Assembly: GCA_043228905.1 (NCBI GenBank)
Contig: JBHGNT010000013.1
Coordinates: forward strand, 19,282,001-19,346,000
Reading direction: 5' to 3'
DNA length: 64,000 nt
From: Azolla caroliniana
Lineage: Eukaryota > Plantae > Polypodiophyta
A program made the position numbers and the translations under genes. The notes under the pieces were generated by a model. That model searched no databases. It saw only the letters and a list, made by a program, of their open reading frames with translations, and had not been told where the DNA came from. Positions 25,170-37,800 of the stretch are shown piece after piece. Position 1 is the first letter of the stretch. Every line of letters starts with the position of its first letter.

Positions 25170-25439
25170 ATACAACAGTTACAGCAATATGACAACAACA
25201 CAATCTACGACCACTACTAAAGTGATTGCCCTAAGTTCATATAACTATAATTATGACTATTTACAGTTATATGACTATTTACAGTCATATTTATAGTTAT
25301 ATGAACTTAGGGCTATTTACAAATATAGCCTCAATGGGTTGATTCAAGACATATTTACAAATCTGTCTTCTCTTCCGGTTCTCACCGGGTCCTCTTTATT
25401 CATCACCGAATCCCATCCGGAGAGACCGATTTCCCAACA
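24834..25439 (-). repeat. 5' LTR of copia B
   Basis: Adjacent to PBS, homologous to 15270-15881. Confidence 0.95.
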
Positions 25440-25444
25440 ATAAG

Positions 25445-28150
25445 GAAGTCCCTATTGAATTGTGGCACAAGAGACTTGGGCAGATGATTCAAAAAAGGAC
25501 TCAAGGTGCTAGCTAGAAAGAGCATCCTACCTAAGATAAGAGGTATGCACTTGGAGACTTGTGTTGATTGCTTGGCCGACAAAGAACACAAAGTCGCTTT
25601 TCAGCATTTGCCCCCAAAAAGAAAATCTCAACCACTAGAATTGGTGCACATTGACTTGTGTTCTATGAAAGATAAGACTCTAAGGGGGACATTGTACTTT
25701 GCCACATTTATTGATGACTTCTCAAAAGGAAATTTTGGTGCTTTCCATTGAGGGATAAAGATCAAATCTTTGAGATCTTTAAAAACTTCAATGTAAGTGT
25801 GGAAAGGGAAACTAGGAGAAAACTTAAATGCATCTGTGTAGATAACGGGGGTGAGTACAAAGGACAATTTGAACAATATTGTCATGAGCATGGGATCAAG
25901 CTTGAGAGGAGTGTTCCCAAAACACCTCAGCACAATGGTGTGGCTGAGAGGATGAATACCACAATTTGTGAGTGGATAAGATGCATGCTATCTCACTCAA
26001 AATTGCTGAAATATTTTTGGGGTGAAGCAATGAGGATTGTCATTGACGTCACAAATTTGTCCCCATCAGTCCCTTTGGATGGTGATGTACCCGAGAGGGT
26101 GTGGACAGTTAAGGAGGTGTCATACAAACACTTAAGAGTGTTTTGTTGCAAGGCTTATGTCCACATCCCAAAAGATGAAAGATCCAAGCTTGATGAAAAA
26201 TGCAAACCATGCATATTTTTAGGATATGGCCATGAGGAATTCGGCTATAGACTTTATGACCCAGTAGAGAAGAAGGTCATTAGAAGTAGGAATGTGGTAT
26301 CCTTGAGGATCAGACCTTGCAAGATCCGGATTTGAAGGAGATGCCAAAGATCACCCCTGATCCTACGGTCACCAACAATCCAACTCGTGCCCAGGACATA
26401 AAAGGTCAAGGGGGAGACGTAGAGGATTATCAAGATATGGTTGATGATGCCCCTGATGAGGAAAATGAACAAGATCGTGACCATTAGACCCTAGGTGACC
26501 AAACTGATGATGTTTCGGTAGCTCCACCGGAAGTGGAAGGGGTGAGAATGTCTATAAGACAAAGATGACCTTCAACTAGATATAGTCCACATGAGTATGT
26601 ATTGCTTACAAATGGAGGAGAGCCACAGAGCTTTCGAGAAGTTATGGCACATGATCATAAGGAGAAATGGCTTGAGGCCATGAATGATGAGATGAGGTCT
26701 TTGCAAGACAATCATACCTATGATCTAGTAAAATTGCCTAAGGGAAAGAGAGCGTTGAAAAACAAATGGGTTTTCAGGCTCAACGCCGAGGAACATTGCT
26801 CACAACCAAGATAAAAGGCAAGATTGGTTGTGAAGGGGTTCAACCAGAAAAAGGGCATTGATTTCGAGGATATTTTCTCAACAGTAGTTAAGATGTCCTC
26901 TATTAGAGTTGTGCTCGGGATTGCCGCCAATCTCAATCTAGAAATCGAACGACTCGATGGAAAAAGTGTCTTCCTTCATGGTGAGTTGGAAGAGGAAATC
27001 TACATGGAGCAACCTAAGGGATTTGGAGTCAAAGGAAAGGAAAACCTGGTATGTAGGTTAAAGAAGAGCTTGTATGGCCTAAAATAAGCTCCCAAACTTT
27101 GGTATAAAAAGTTTGACTCTTTCATGCTGAGTCATGGGTATAACAAGACAAACACAGATCATTGTGTGTTTTTTAAGAAGTCCTCTGACTTTGTTATTCT
27201 ACTTCTATATGTAGATGATATGTTGATTGTTGGTCGAGACACCAACAAGATTGAAAAGTTGAAAAGAGAGCTAAGTGAATCTTTTGCTATGAAAGACTTG
27301 GGACTAGCCAAGCAAATCCTTGGGATGAAGATAACCACAGATAGAGTGAGCAAAAGGTTGTGGCTATCTCCTGAACAATATACTGAGAAAGTTCTTGAGA
27401 GATTTAACATGGACAAGTGTAACCCGATTAACACTTCACTTGCAGGCCACTTTAAACTCAATTCAGCTCAATGCCCCACGAGTGAGGAAGAGCAAGAGAG
27501 AATGAAACAAATACCATATGCATCTACAATTGGATGTTTAATGTATGCTATGGTATGCACAAGGCCGGACATTGCTCATGCCGTTTCCCTCGAACCCTGG
27601 CAAAGATCACTGGGAAGTGGTGAAATGGATTCTGAGATATCTAAGAGGTACCACAAGAGTCTGTCTAAAATTTGGTGAAATCCAAACTGTATTAGATGGG
27701 TATATAGATGCAGATATGGCTAGTGGTACCTAATGATCTTTGCAGGGGGAGCAATCTCTTGGCCGTCGAGACAACAAAAATGTGTGGCATTATCCACAAC
27801 AAAGGCTGAATAAATTTCTACCACAGAAGGCAGTAAGGAATTGCTATGGCTGAAGAAATTCCTACAAGAGTTGGGGTTGATTCAACAAAAGATACATTCT
27901 GTATTTAAGCAAGAATTCTTCATTTCATTCTAAGTGTTATACATTTAAGCAAGAATTCTTCCTTTCATTCTAAGTCAAAACACATAGATGTTAGATACCA
28001 TTGGATTAGAGATGTGTTTGAAGAAAAGCATATGCACAATGAAAAGATTCACACAAATGATAATGGCTCCGACATGATGACAAAATGTTTGTCAAGGGAG
28101 AAGCTTGAAGTTTGCAAACAAAAGGCAAACCTAGTTGCGCCCCCCACTTG
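25445..28150 (+). pseudogene. Copia A integrase-RT-RNase H (multiple stops, small deletions)
   Basis: LVHIDLC, DNGGEY, PQHNGVAERMN, LLYVDDML, YIDADMA motifs. Confidence 0.92.
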
Positions 28151-28167
28151 AGATGGAGGGGGAGAAT

Positions 28168-28983
28168 TGTTGGGTCTATCCACTCAAATAGAGCCCACGA
28201 CATGGAGTCGGGTCACAGCCGGTTGTTGACTTAGTGCCGAAGCAGCTCAGTCTCGGCTAAAAAGTAAAGCGTTCTAATTATTTTTAACTATATATATATA
28301 CGTTATGTATGTTTTTCTGGGTGTGTGTCCTTTTTCTTTTGTGTATGTGAGTGTGTGTACAGGGACAAAGAAAGACATTACTTTACAAGGCTCATAAAAA
28401 GGGTGCAAAAACAACGAGACAAAAGTGCTAAGGGATAGAGAGGAAGAACAAAGCACGATATAGAGAAAACAACATCTGAAAAACAGAAATAAGGCTGAAA
28501 ACAAAGATCTGAGATAGAGAGAGAGAGGTGTGAGAGAGAACACTGTGAAGATTCTGCAGAAAGAGAGCTCAAGAAAAGGGCAATCGAAAGCAAGAACCCG
28601 TTGCAGAAGTGAAGACGGAGATCTCACGAGGTGTTGTCCGGACTACCCAAAGAGTCAACAACAACTCTTCTTTCTATGTAACAGGTTTATTTGTTCTATG
28701 TTTTTTGGTTTCTACGTGTTATTCATTTCACTTGATAGGGTGAATGAATATTGTAACCAAGGTTGTAGCCTTGAAATATGTGTGTATTCCTCTAAAGTGT
28801 TAGCTCTAGAGGCTGTCAACACATTGTATACTCAGAAAATAGTGAATCTATTTCGGAACCTAAGGTTCCCGTGGTTTTTTCCTATTCTTGGGTTTTCCAC
28901 GTTAAATTTCGGTGTACTCTCATTTTTTGTCTTGTGGTTTCATCTATTTGGAAATTTGTGTTGGTAGTGTAAATCATCCCGAT
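28168..28983 (+). repeat. 3' LTR of copia A (end truncated)
   Basis: Follows the PPT. Homology to the 5' LTR stops at catcccgat. Confidence 0.9.
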
Positions 28984-31649
28984 AAATAGATCATTAGTCT
29001 CACTTCAATAGATAATTACTATATAAGAAACGTACGATGTATCTGAATTAAGTACTTAATTATTAAATAAGAAACATATTTATCTCAAAAAATTAGGTGT
29101 AAACCCCACATGGAGGAAAGTCGCTCTTAGTGGATATAAAATGGAGAGGAATGAGAACTAAATGGTAGCCCAAAGTTAGAGCACCCAAAGGCCCCTTTTG
29201 CATAAGAGCTCTTTCCCTTTTTGTACAAGTTGGAAACCCTAAGGGATCCCTTTCATACTGCAAGCCCATTGGCCATTAACCATTCTTACCTATTGAAGGG
29301 TAGTTCACATATTACAATATCCCCATGTTTCTTACATATACTTGGCCTATGACCAATATTTTAGGTTGGAAAACTAAGTCGTATGGGGTTGTTAAAACAA
29401 AATAGTATAATATTATTCTCCTTAATAGTTGTGTGGGTGGTTGTGCTAATCTCCAAGTAATCATACCTAGGAAACTACACACAATTTGACTAATGTCGTT
29501 AATGATTATATTTCTGTGATTTCGTGATATTATCCCAATAGACAAAGTGTATATGGTTAAGACTATACAAATATCATTGTTATATGGTTGTCATTCATCT
29601 TGTCCATCATTTGTATATGATCATCATTTGTCTTCTTCATGTATATCCCACATGGGAAATGGCATATTCATGTAGAATACCACATAATGATCCAACATGA
29701 ACAATTAAGAGAATGTAATGGTTACGTGTAGAATACTCCAAAATTATGCAATATGGACAGGCATTAAAGTAGTGGTTTTTCAATTATATAAAGGTAGAAG
29801 GCTTGAGTATTCATTTACCATTTCCATTGAATGCAAATTGTGTCTTTGTTGTTGAGTTTCCGAGCCATTCTTTGCACCCTTTCTAGAAATGTGCATATCA
29901 ACCATATGCTTCCTAAATGAATTTTGATTAGTATGATCGTAGATTCATGGGAGAATGGCCATATCTCACTATTTTAAATAACACAATTTGATTGAAGAGT
30001 TTTAAGTTGATGTCATGTGGGGACCACCAATGAACGAATTTGTTTTATATTAAAGAGAGATATGCTTATCTTTGTTTTACATGAAGTTGCAACTTAATGT
30101 TTTGTTTTTCCTTTAGTAATGTGATTGGACAGGTTTTTATTAAACATCTTTGCTTATCTTGGTTTTAAGTAGGTTTTGGCCTTGTAGTTAGCCAGTTGGT
30201 TAGGATATGAAATTTCCAATACTTATGATAACGAAGAAGTTAATCGATTCACAACCAGTTAAGGAAAAGTCAAGGAATATATAGTTGCAAGTTGTAATAT
30301 TATGTTCATCTTTGCCCAAGGAACATAATGTTAGCCTTTGCCCAAGGATTGTGATATTACAAAATTAGGGTGGAGGCAGAGGACTTGAAATCCATGCCAC
30401 AAATTTAGGGTGTACAATGTACATCTATACACAACAAATTTGTAAAATAATGTAAGCCTTTACAAGACCTTGTCATTTAAATTATTTGATCACAAATCAT
30501 CATCATTGTCTTGACACAACTCATACAATTTCCTTCTTCGCGAGCTATGTGACAAGTTGAATGTCATAGTGGCATTATATTCTAAATTGGAAATACATAT
30601 AATTCATATGATGATAGACCATTACATGGAGCGTTAATTAATGAAATTAGTTTATGATTAAACTTTGTTAGATTGTTCATAAATTAATTATGATTCAACC
30701 TTATTAGACCATTTAAATCAAAATAAATGACGATGGTCAATCAACATAATTAGATTAGAACAACTTGTTGAGTTCAATTTCCACTCTCATTATGTTACAT
30801 GATGATGATTAGCTTCGTATACTGAAGTCAATCTAATGAGTTTCGGTCATAATGGTTAATGTCGATCAATATTTTTAAGCCGCTCTAATAACGTCGTGCA
30901 TAATGAACTAATTCATGTTTTTGATCTAAGGTTGCATATCATGAATATGATCAGACCTAAAAACCCACGTTTGATAGTTTGCCAACTTTACCTTTGCAAT
31001 TTTAATGAGGCCTACAAACCCACTTTTTGAGTGCTTGCAAACTTCACCTTTTACTGTTTTGTTATCTGATCATCAAGGTTTGTCGATGCTATCATTGAGT
31101 CATTCGGGCGATCCTTTGGCCCCCTCTCACTCTCTATCTGTCTGTTTGTCTGTCACACACACACACACACACACACACTTGTATGATGTATGATGTATGA
31201 TGTATCAATATCGATGTAGAGTATGGTATCGGTTAGTCGTATTCTACACTAGAGGGTTTCGGGGTAGTTTTTATGTAAGTATGAGAAATACGAGGGGTAT
31301 AATCGACAATGTGTTCTCACTAAGTAGAGCATGTACAATGAGGCGGGGCCCGGGAGCAAAGACATCATGTTTGAAAGGAAAGGATAGATCCGTGTGTGTG
31401 TGTGTGTGTGCATAAGATGTGTCAGCTCATGGGTGCTTGTAAGAAGAAAAGGTAACCCATTAAGATAGATAAGACCCATCATGAGATGATAAGAGAAGAA
31501 AAACAGAGACACAGAGAGGCAGTGGGAGAAGATTTGATTAATGAAGGTTTCTCATGAGGAGGAATTAGCAACTAATTAGTTCAATGGGAAGATGATAACA
31601 GAGAATGGTGATGCATATATGTACATACATATGATACATATATATGTGT

Positions 31650-31696
<47 letters not shown>

Positions 31697-31822
31697 TTGT
31701 ATGTATTTGTGCCTGTGTAGCTAAGTAATTACCTAGCAAAACCAGCTTTTGGACAAACCGATTATATCATGTACTCTAATATTGATATTCATTGATTGAT
31801 ACATACATACATATATACATAT

Positions 31823-32911
31823 ATGGACAGGCACAAAGCTAGGTCTGTCGATATGGTCCGATTCCTGCTCGGCCAGAAGCCTGGCCATGGCGATAATGAT
31901 GCTGCTGCTGCTGCTGATGATGATGATGATGCTTCTTCGTCTTCTTCTTCCAAGCATAAGCTGCAGCTGCTTAATCCGCAGAACCAACTGCTGCTAATGG
32001 CGGCGGCGGCTTCTCCCTCCTCTTCATCTCCTCCTCCTCCTCCTCCTCCTCCGCCCAGCCTGCTAATGGCCGATGATGCCGCAAGCGTCTGGCCCCCTCG
32101 ATCCTACTACTGTACCTTCTGCAGGCGCGAGTTCAGATCTGCCCAGGCCTTGGGCGGCCACATGAATGTGCACCGCCGTGACCGTGCCCGCCTCCGCCAA
32201 TCCTCTCCTCCATCTCCATCTCCATCTCCCTCTCCATCTCCATCTCCATCTCCCTGCAAATCTTCCCATCCTATCCTTTCCCCGCTCCCATATCCACCAT
32301 CACGTGGTGCTCCCTCTCACCTCCCTCCATCGCTTCTGTTCCCGGATTCCAACTTCTTCTCCATTTCTAGCAGTAGCTGCAGGAGCAGCGCTGGAACTGG
32401 CTCCGATGGATCTGATCTGCAGTCTTCCAAGGATGTCCATCGGAGCTTCCATGGTCCCCATCAATCAGCAGGTGAAGTACATCGACTGTTTTGTATCCCC
32501 TCGGAGCCTGGCGCTCCGTCTGTACCATATACTTCATCTTCTCCTCCTCCTGTTCCTGCGGCAACGGATCCTGCTATTTCAAATTCCACCTGCAACAACA
32601 GTTCACTGCAGCCGGACCCCATGAAACGCACAAATCATTCGCTCAAACGCCAGACGACCACGACCACGACCACGACAACTGAGACGGAGACAGAGACAGA
32701 GACAGAGACGCCACATAATCACAACAAGTTCTCCAAGAATGGCTTCTGCTTCTTTGATCATAAGCCTGCTACTACTAATCTTCCGATGCTCCATTCCATC
32801 ACAAGTAGCAGTACCAGCAGTGTAAGCCATGGCATGGAGTATACTACAGGATTAATAGACCTGGAGCTCAGGATTGGCCACCATGCCCATCATCATCATC
32901 ATCATCATTAG
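31823..32911 (+). CDS. SUPERMAN/RABBIT EARS-like single C2H2 zinc-finger transcriptional repressor with C-terminal EAR motif
   Basis: [37 protein letters not shown] and IDLELRIG, intronless. First in-frame ATG is at 31823 (later ATGs possible). Confidence 0.93.
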   Translation: MDRHKARSVDMVRFLLGQKPGHGDNDAAAAADDDDDASSSSSSKHKLQLLNPQNQLLLMAAAASPSSSSPPPPPPPPPSLLMADDAASVWPPRSYYCTFCRREFRSAQALGGHMNVHRRDRARLRQSSPPSPSPSPSPSPSPSPCKSSHPILSPLPYPPSRGAPSHLPPSLLFPDSNFFSISSSSCRSSAGTGSDGSDLQSSKDVHRSFHGPHQSAGEVHRLFCIPSEPGAPSVPYTSSSPPPVPAATDPAISNSTCNNSSLQPDPMKRTNHSLKRQTTTTTTTTTETETETETETPHNHNKFSKNGFCFFDHKPATTNLPMLHSITSSSTSSVSHGMEYTTGLIDLELRIGHHAHHHHHHH

Positions 32912-34809
32912 AATCCCCATCATTATCATCATCATTAAGATTCCATCATCATCGTTAAGATTCCATCATCATCATCATCATCATTAGGATTCCATCATCA
33001 TGATTAAGAATCAGCCATGGAATCTATATACCCAGAGTGTGTGATCAATCTACAGGATGAGTTGGTTTGCATTCAAACCCCCCCCTGCTGCCCGCCCAAA
33101 ACGACGGAATGCCGGAAGGAAAAGAACGCCGAGATTAGAGTGATGCCGGAAACTAACTCGCCCCGACATTGTCAATGTCGAATGCCTGCCTGCAGGGAAC
33201 TTCAGCTTCCTGAATGCAAAATGTAAACTCTCAAGTCTCACATTGGCATTCATGTTCAATTGCAGGTTCTCTAATAATTTACATTCAACATGACCTGTGG
33301 TGATTGATATTTTGTGATGATCCTAAACTTATTCTTAATAGATCTTAATACATTTTGTGTTTCACCACCACTTACATTATGCACCAATGGTGCATGTGTT
33401 TGTGCATCGCGGATATATATATATATATGTGTGTGTGTGTGTACTATTCTCTTGATTTCACTAGGATACATCGAGTTTCTTTTCAATTCACCGAGCTCTT
33501 AATTACCCGAATTTCATACTCTAATTCCTAAGGGGATGCTATATATTCTTTAGTAGTGACTTAATCCCATGACAACTTGCAAGTTGCTTCATTAGGTGAG
33601 TTTTTCCTTTTTTCCATAGTTCTTTTTTGCTAAAGCTCTTTTAGGTACATAGATTTCGTGCATGCATTAATTATTCGTGAGTTGCGTGGTGTTTTCTTTG
33701 CACTAATCCTCCCCAGCGAATGTGGAGATCGTTGGAAGTGAGCTTCTTCTATGTTCCCCAAGTTTTCTTTAACCAAGTCTTTTGTACCTAAAACTCGCGA
33801 TACACTAATTCCTAGGGCAATGGCATTGCTTTTGGCTTGAGTCCCTATGACGAAAATGCACTCTTTTTGTAAATATAAAATTGACACAAAGTCTAAAGAG
33901 ACAAAATCCCCAATAGGCCGGAACAAACTCATTAAAGAGCCTCGACCGACAAAATCCACCAATTTGTGACATTATCATTTTTTCTCCACGATTCAATATG
34001 TTTACTTAGCTTCCAAATGCATCTAACTTAAACTAGTAAGCTTAATTGTAGGACCAAAAACATACTTTATATCGCTTTAAAGAAAGGAACAAGTATGTTT
34101 TTAAAACCTAATACTATTTATTTTATAAAAATTTTAAAAATTACAAAAAAAATCAGCGTTAAGAATAAATCCACTTGTGTATACTATAAACCTAGCATGA
34201 GAATCTTGAGAAGCTAGATTACATGTTAATTATAGGAGGAAGTCTCGCCTTGTCTCGTGTACTAAGAGGGTTTTGGAATTTCTAGACCGGAAAGAAGTCG
34301 TGAATGTTGCCTACACAATTGAATGAATAAGTAGCAATTTGAAGCATAAGTCCATGTATTGGAAATACCAATCATGGGCATTTCATGTACGCCTTAACAT
34401 TGTACTAATGTTGCATAGAACCCATAATGTTTTAATTTTTGTCATTGTTACCACGAACAAAGAAGGCTTTGCATTTCCTTTTTCAGCATCTTCATTGATA
34501 TTTATTGTGGAGGAGGGATAACATGGGAATTACATTGGTGATCTGGAACCATCTAAGAACCCCTAAGCACTTTGGGGGTAGTTACAATATATGGTGTCTT
34601 GTACATATGCATTTGCATTCACAACCATGGATATCTATTCTCCTATATTTCATTAGGGAGGGACATGTACCATATGGGAGGACAACAATTAAGGAATCAT
34701 GATCACCGTGGCAATTACTCAACGAAAGTATTCCACTTTCCTTATTCTTTATGTTCTCAACACGTGGTTGTTTCATGGTATTAGACCGTAAAGAATTGGT
34801 CCATATGAT

Positions 34810-37800
34810 CTTGTGCCCCTCTATTTGGCTTTTGTGCTCAACAGTGCGATTGTCAACTACTTCTTACTGCTCCACGATATGGCCACTGTCGAGGGAGAAG
34901 ACGAATCCCGATGTTGATCGTTTGTCGGCTTTGTAGCCAACCCAATCAACATTGGTGTACCCTTCAAGTCGAATCGGTGTGGTTGAATTGTAGAGAATGC
35001 CTAAATCCATTGTCCCACTTACATAGTGTAACACCGTTTAGCACAGTTCAAGTGAATGTTGTGTGGTATCTGCATAAACTGGCTAAGGAGGCCGACTGGA
35101 TAGTTAAGGTCGGGCCGAGTAATGGTGAGATAGATAAGGCTTCCGACTAGGAGACGATAGAAAATCGGCTCACACTTTTCTGGGCCGGATTCGCCATCTA
35201 GCCTTGGATTTCGATCAAGAGGAGTAGCAACGGGCTTACACTCTGTCATCCCAAACTTGAATAGAAGATTCAGGATACACTGTCATTGGGAGATCATGAT
35301 GCCGTATGGAGATTGAATTACTTCTATCCCTAGAAAGTAATGTAGCTCCTTCATGTATTTCATTTCGAATCGGCCGGAGAGTAGCTTCTTGGTATGTTCG
35401 ATATCGTCAATGTGCTCTCCTCCAATGACCAAGTCGTCCACATAAATGATGATGAATAGTTTTCCTCTAGAGTCACTCCGAATGAACAAAGAATTGTTAG
35501 GCTTGGACATTTTGAAGCCGATTTGGTGAAGATATTGGGTTATCTTCGAATATCATGCTCTCGGTGCCTGCTTGAGACCATAGAGAGGCTTTTTGAGTTA
35601 GCAGACAGTAGTCGTATGCATAGTCGACTCGAATCCGGGTGGTTGTACCATGTACACCTCTTCTAACTCGCCTTGTAGAAAGGCGTTCTTTACATCCATT
35701 TGGTGGAGGCCCCACCCTTTTGTTGCTACAATCGTGATCACGGTTCGAATGGTTGTCATCTTTGCTACCGGGGCAGAGGTCTCTTCGTAATTGACCCTGT
35801 GTGTTTGTGCATACCCTTTTGCTACAAGCCAAGCCTTATACCAATTGACGATGCCATCATCGTTATGCTTCACCTTGTGTATCCATCGACATCCAATGGC
35901 CTTTTGATGAGGTGAAGAGGGGACGAGATCCCATGTCTCATTTTTGGAGAGTGCTTGCATCTCCTCATTCATCACTTCGCCCCATCGTGGATCGTTCGCA
36001 GCTTCAGAAAATGTTTCCGGTTCTCAAACAGTCACCACCATCATCATGAATGCATAATGGTATGCCATGTAGTCATTGTAGTTGTATCAGCTGACTGCAT
36101 TCTTCTCTTGGGTGGAGCGACGTAGTGCTTCACTAGTCCTTGTGAGCGCTTCCTCGACTCCTAGTGTCCTTATGATAGGAACATCCAGTCTATCGTACTC
36201 ATTGTCGAGTGAGTGATCCTATTCGTTTCCATTTGAGTCTTCGTACTTAGGAATTTTGGCCTTCCCTTTGTCCAATTTTGGACCTGGCCGCGACGTGGTT
36301 TGGTCGCTTGGAGGCTCCTGTGGTCCACTCAACCTAGTTGAGATTCAACTCTCCTCTATCGTGAATTGATTCATTAGATAGAGGGACGTGTTCGCCGCTT
36401 CAACCCAGTATGATTTCGACAGATGTTTCTCATTCATCATTGCCCTTGCCACCTCGACTATATGCTGGTTCTTTCGTTCGGTTACTCCGTTCTGTTAAGG
36501 TGTGTGTTGGCAAGTAAACTCCCGCCGAATTCCTTCTTGTCGAAGGTATGTTGTGAAGGCATCGGAGAAATACTCCTTGCTGTCGTCCAATCGAAGGCAT
36601 CAGACATGCTAACCGGTTGCCTTTTTTACTTTATTTTTGAATTTTTGGAAGTGACTGAACACTTCGCTTTTCTACTGCATAGGGTAGATCCATGTGTGTT
36701 TGGAGAAGTTGTCGATGAACGTCACATAGTATCAACAACCACCAAATGTTGTGGTTTGGGTTGGTCCCCATACATCTAAATGTATTACATCCAGGATCCC
36801 TTTGCTCACGTTCCTCTCTTTCGGGAACGGTTGATGATGTTGTTTGCCGAACGGGTAGGCTTCACACACACCTGTAATCTCCTTCTCGGAAAAGGTCGGG
36901 AGTCTGATGAAAACTCCTTTTGACTGCATTCCTTTGAGCTTTTGGAGATTAATGTGGTTGATTCTTTTGTGCCACAACTCTATGTTGGCATTGGCTTTAT
37001 GGTCCTTGGTAAACATTGTCCATTTCATCTCATGGGAGTCGAGGATGAACATTTGGCCTTCTCTTCGACCGCGGGTGATCATTCAACCTTCCTTTTCAAT
37101 GAAGCATCATCCATCATTGAATCGAATCTGCATGCCTTGTTCAACGATCTGACCAACCGAGACCAAATTCTTCGGTATAGTTGGAACATGCAGGACGTTC
37201 TTGATGTAGGTTTGATTCCCTTCTTCGCCGATAGGGACGTTTTCAACATGTTGAATGGGCTTGGTTGTGTCATCCCTTGTTTCCACATATCTAGATAGTT
37301 CAGGTTTTTGCAATTCTCAAAACCAATCTTTATGAGACGTCATGTGTTTGGATGCACTCGAATCGACAAATCATGCAGTGAGTTGGAGGTGCTTGTAAAG
37401 GCTCTATGCCACATCATGAACATTCTGCCACGATCGTCATAGTCGGAGTTTGAGGCGTAGTTGGTGAGTTGTCAGCTTGTGAAGGCTGACTCACTCTTCT
37501 TCTTCCGACACTCTACCTCATAAGGGCCGAATTTGCCATAGTATCCACAGTGGACGGAATTGTTTTGTCGGTTGGGTTCGGCATGATTGCTCCCCCTTCT
37601 TCCGGATGCTCCACCGGTAGTAGCAGTTCTGTTCGCAGGGTTGTTCTTGGTTGTGGCAGCCTTGATCGAATCGACCTCTTCTTCCACAATTTTGTCCTTT
37701 TCCTCCATCCGAAATCGAATAGAGCATGTGTCCTTCTTGCACATTGCATCGACCAGTAGCATCGACTCGAGAGAGAAGGAGGGAGAGTTCTCCCTCGCGA

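Larger units (their letters stand above)
15270..25439 (-). mobile_element. Copia element B, complete with both LTRs, nested antisense in A
   Basis: 3' LTR 15270-15881, 5' LTR 24834-25439, PBS-Met 24819-24830, PPT next to 15882, and 5-bp TSD ATAAG (15265-15269 / 25440-25444). Confidence 0.96.
13084..28983 (+). mobile_element. Copia element A (Tork/TAR-like), degenerate, host of nested element B
   Basis: 5' LTR 13084-13955, PBS tggtatcaaagc 13958-13969, gag from 14001, INT-RT-RNaseH at 25445-28150, PPT gagatggagggggaga, and 3' LTR 28168-28983 lacking its last ~20 bp. Confidence 0.93.

Noticed and set aside
29098-29316. Possible small solo LTR (TGT...ACA)
   Set aside because: Flanks ttagg/atatc do not form a TSD and no partner was found in the window
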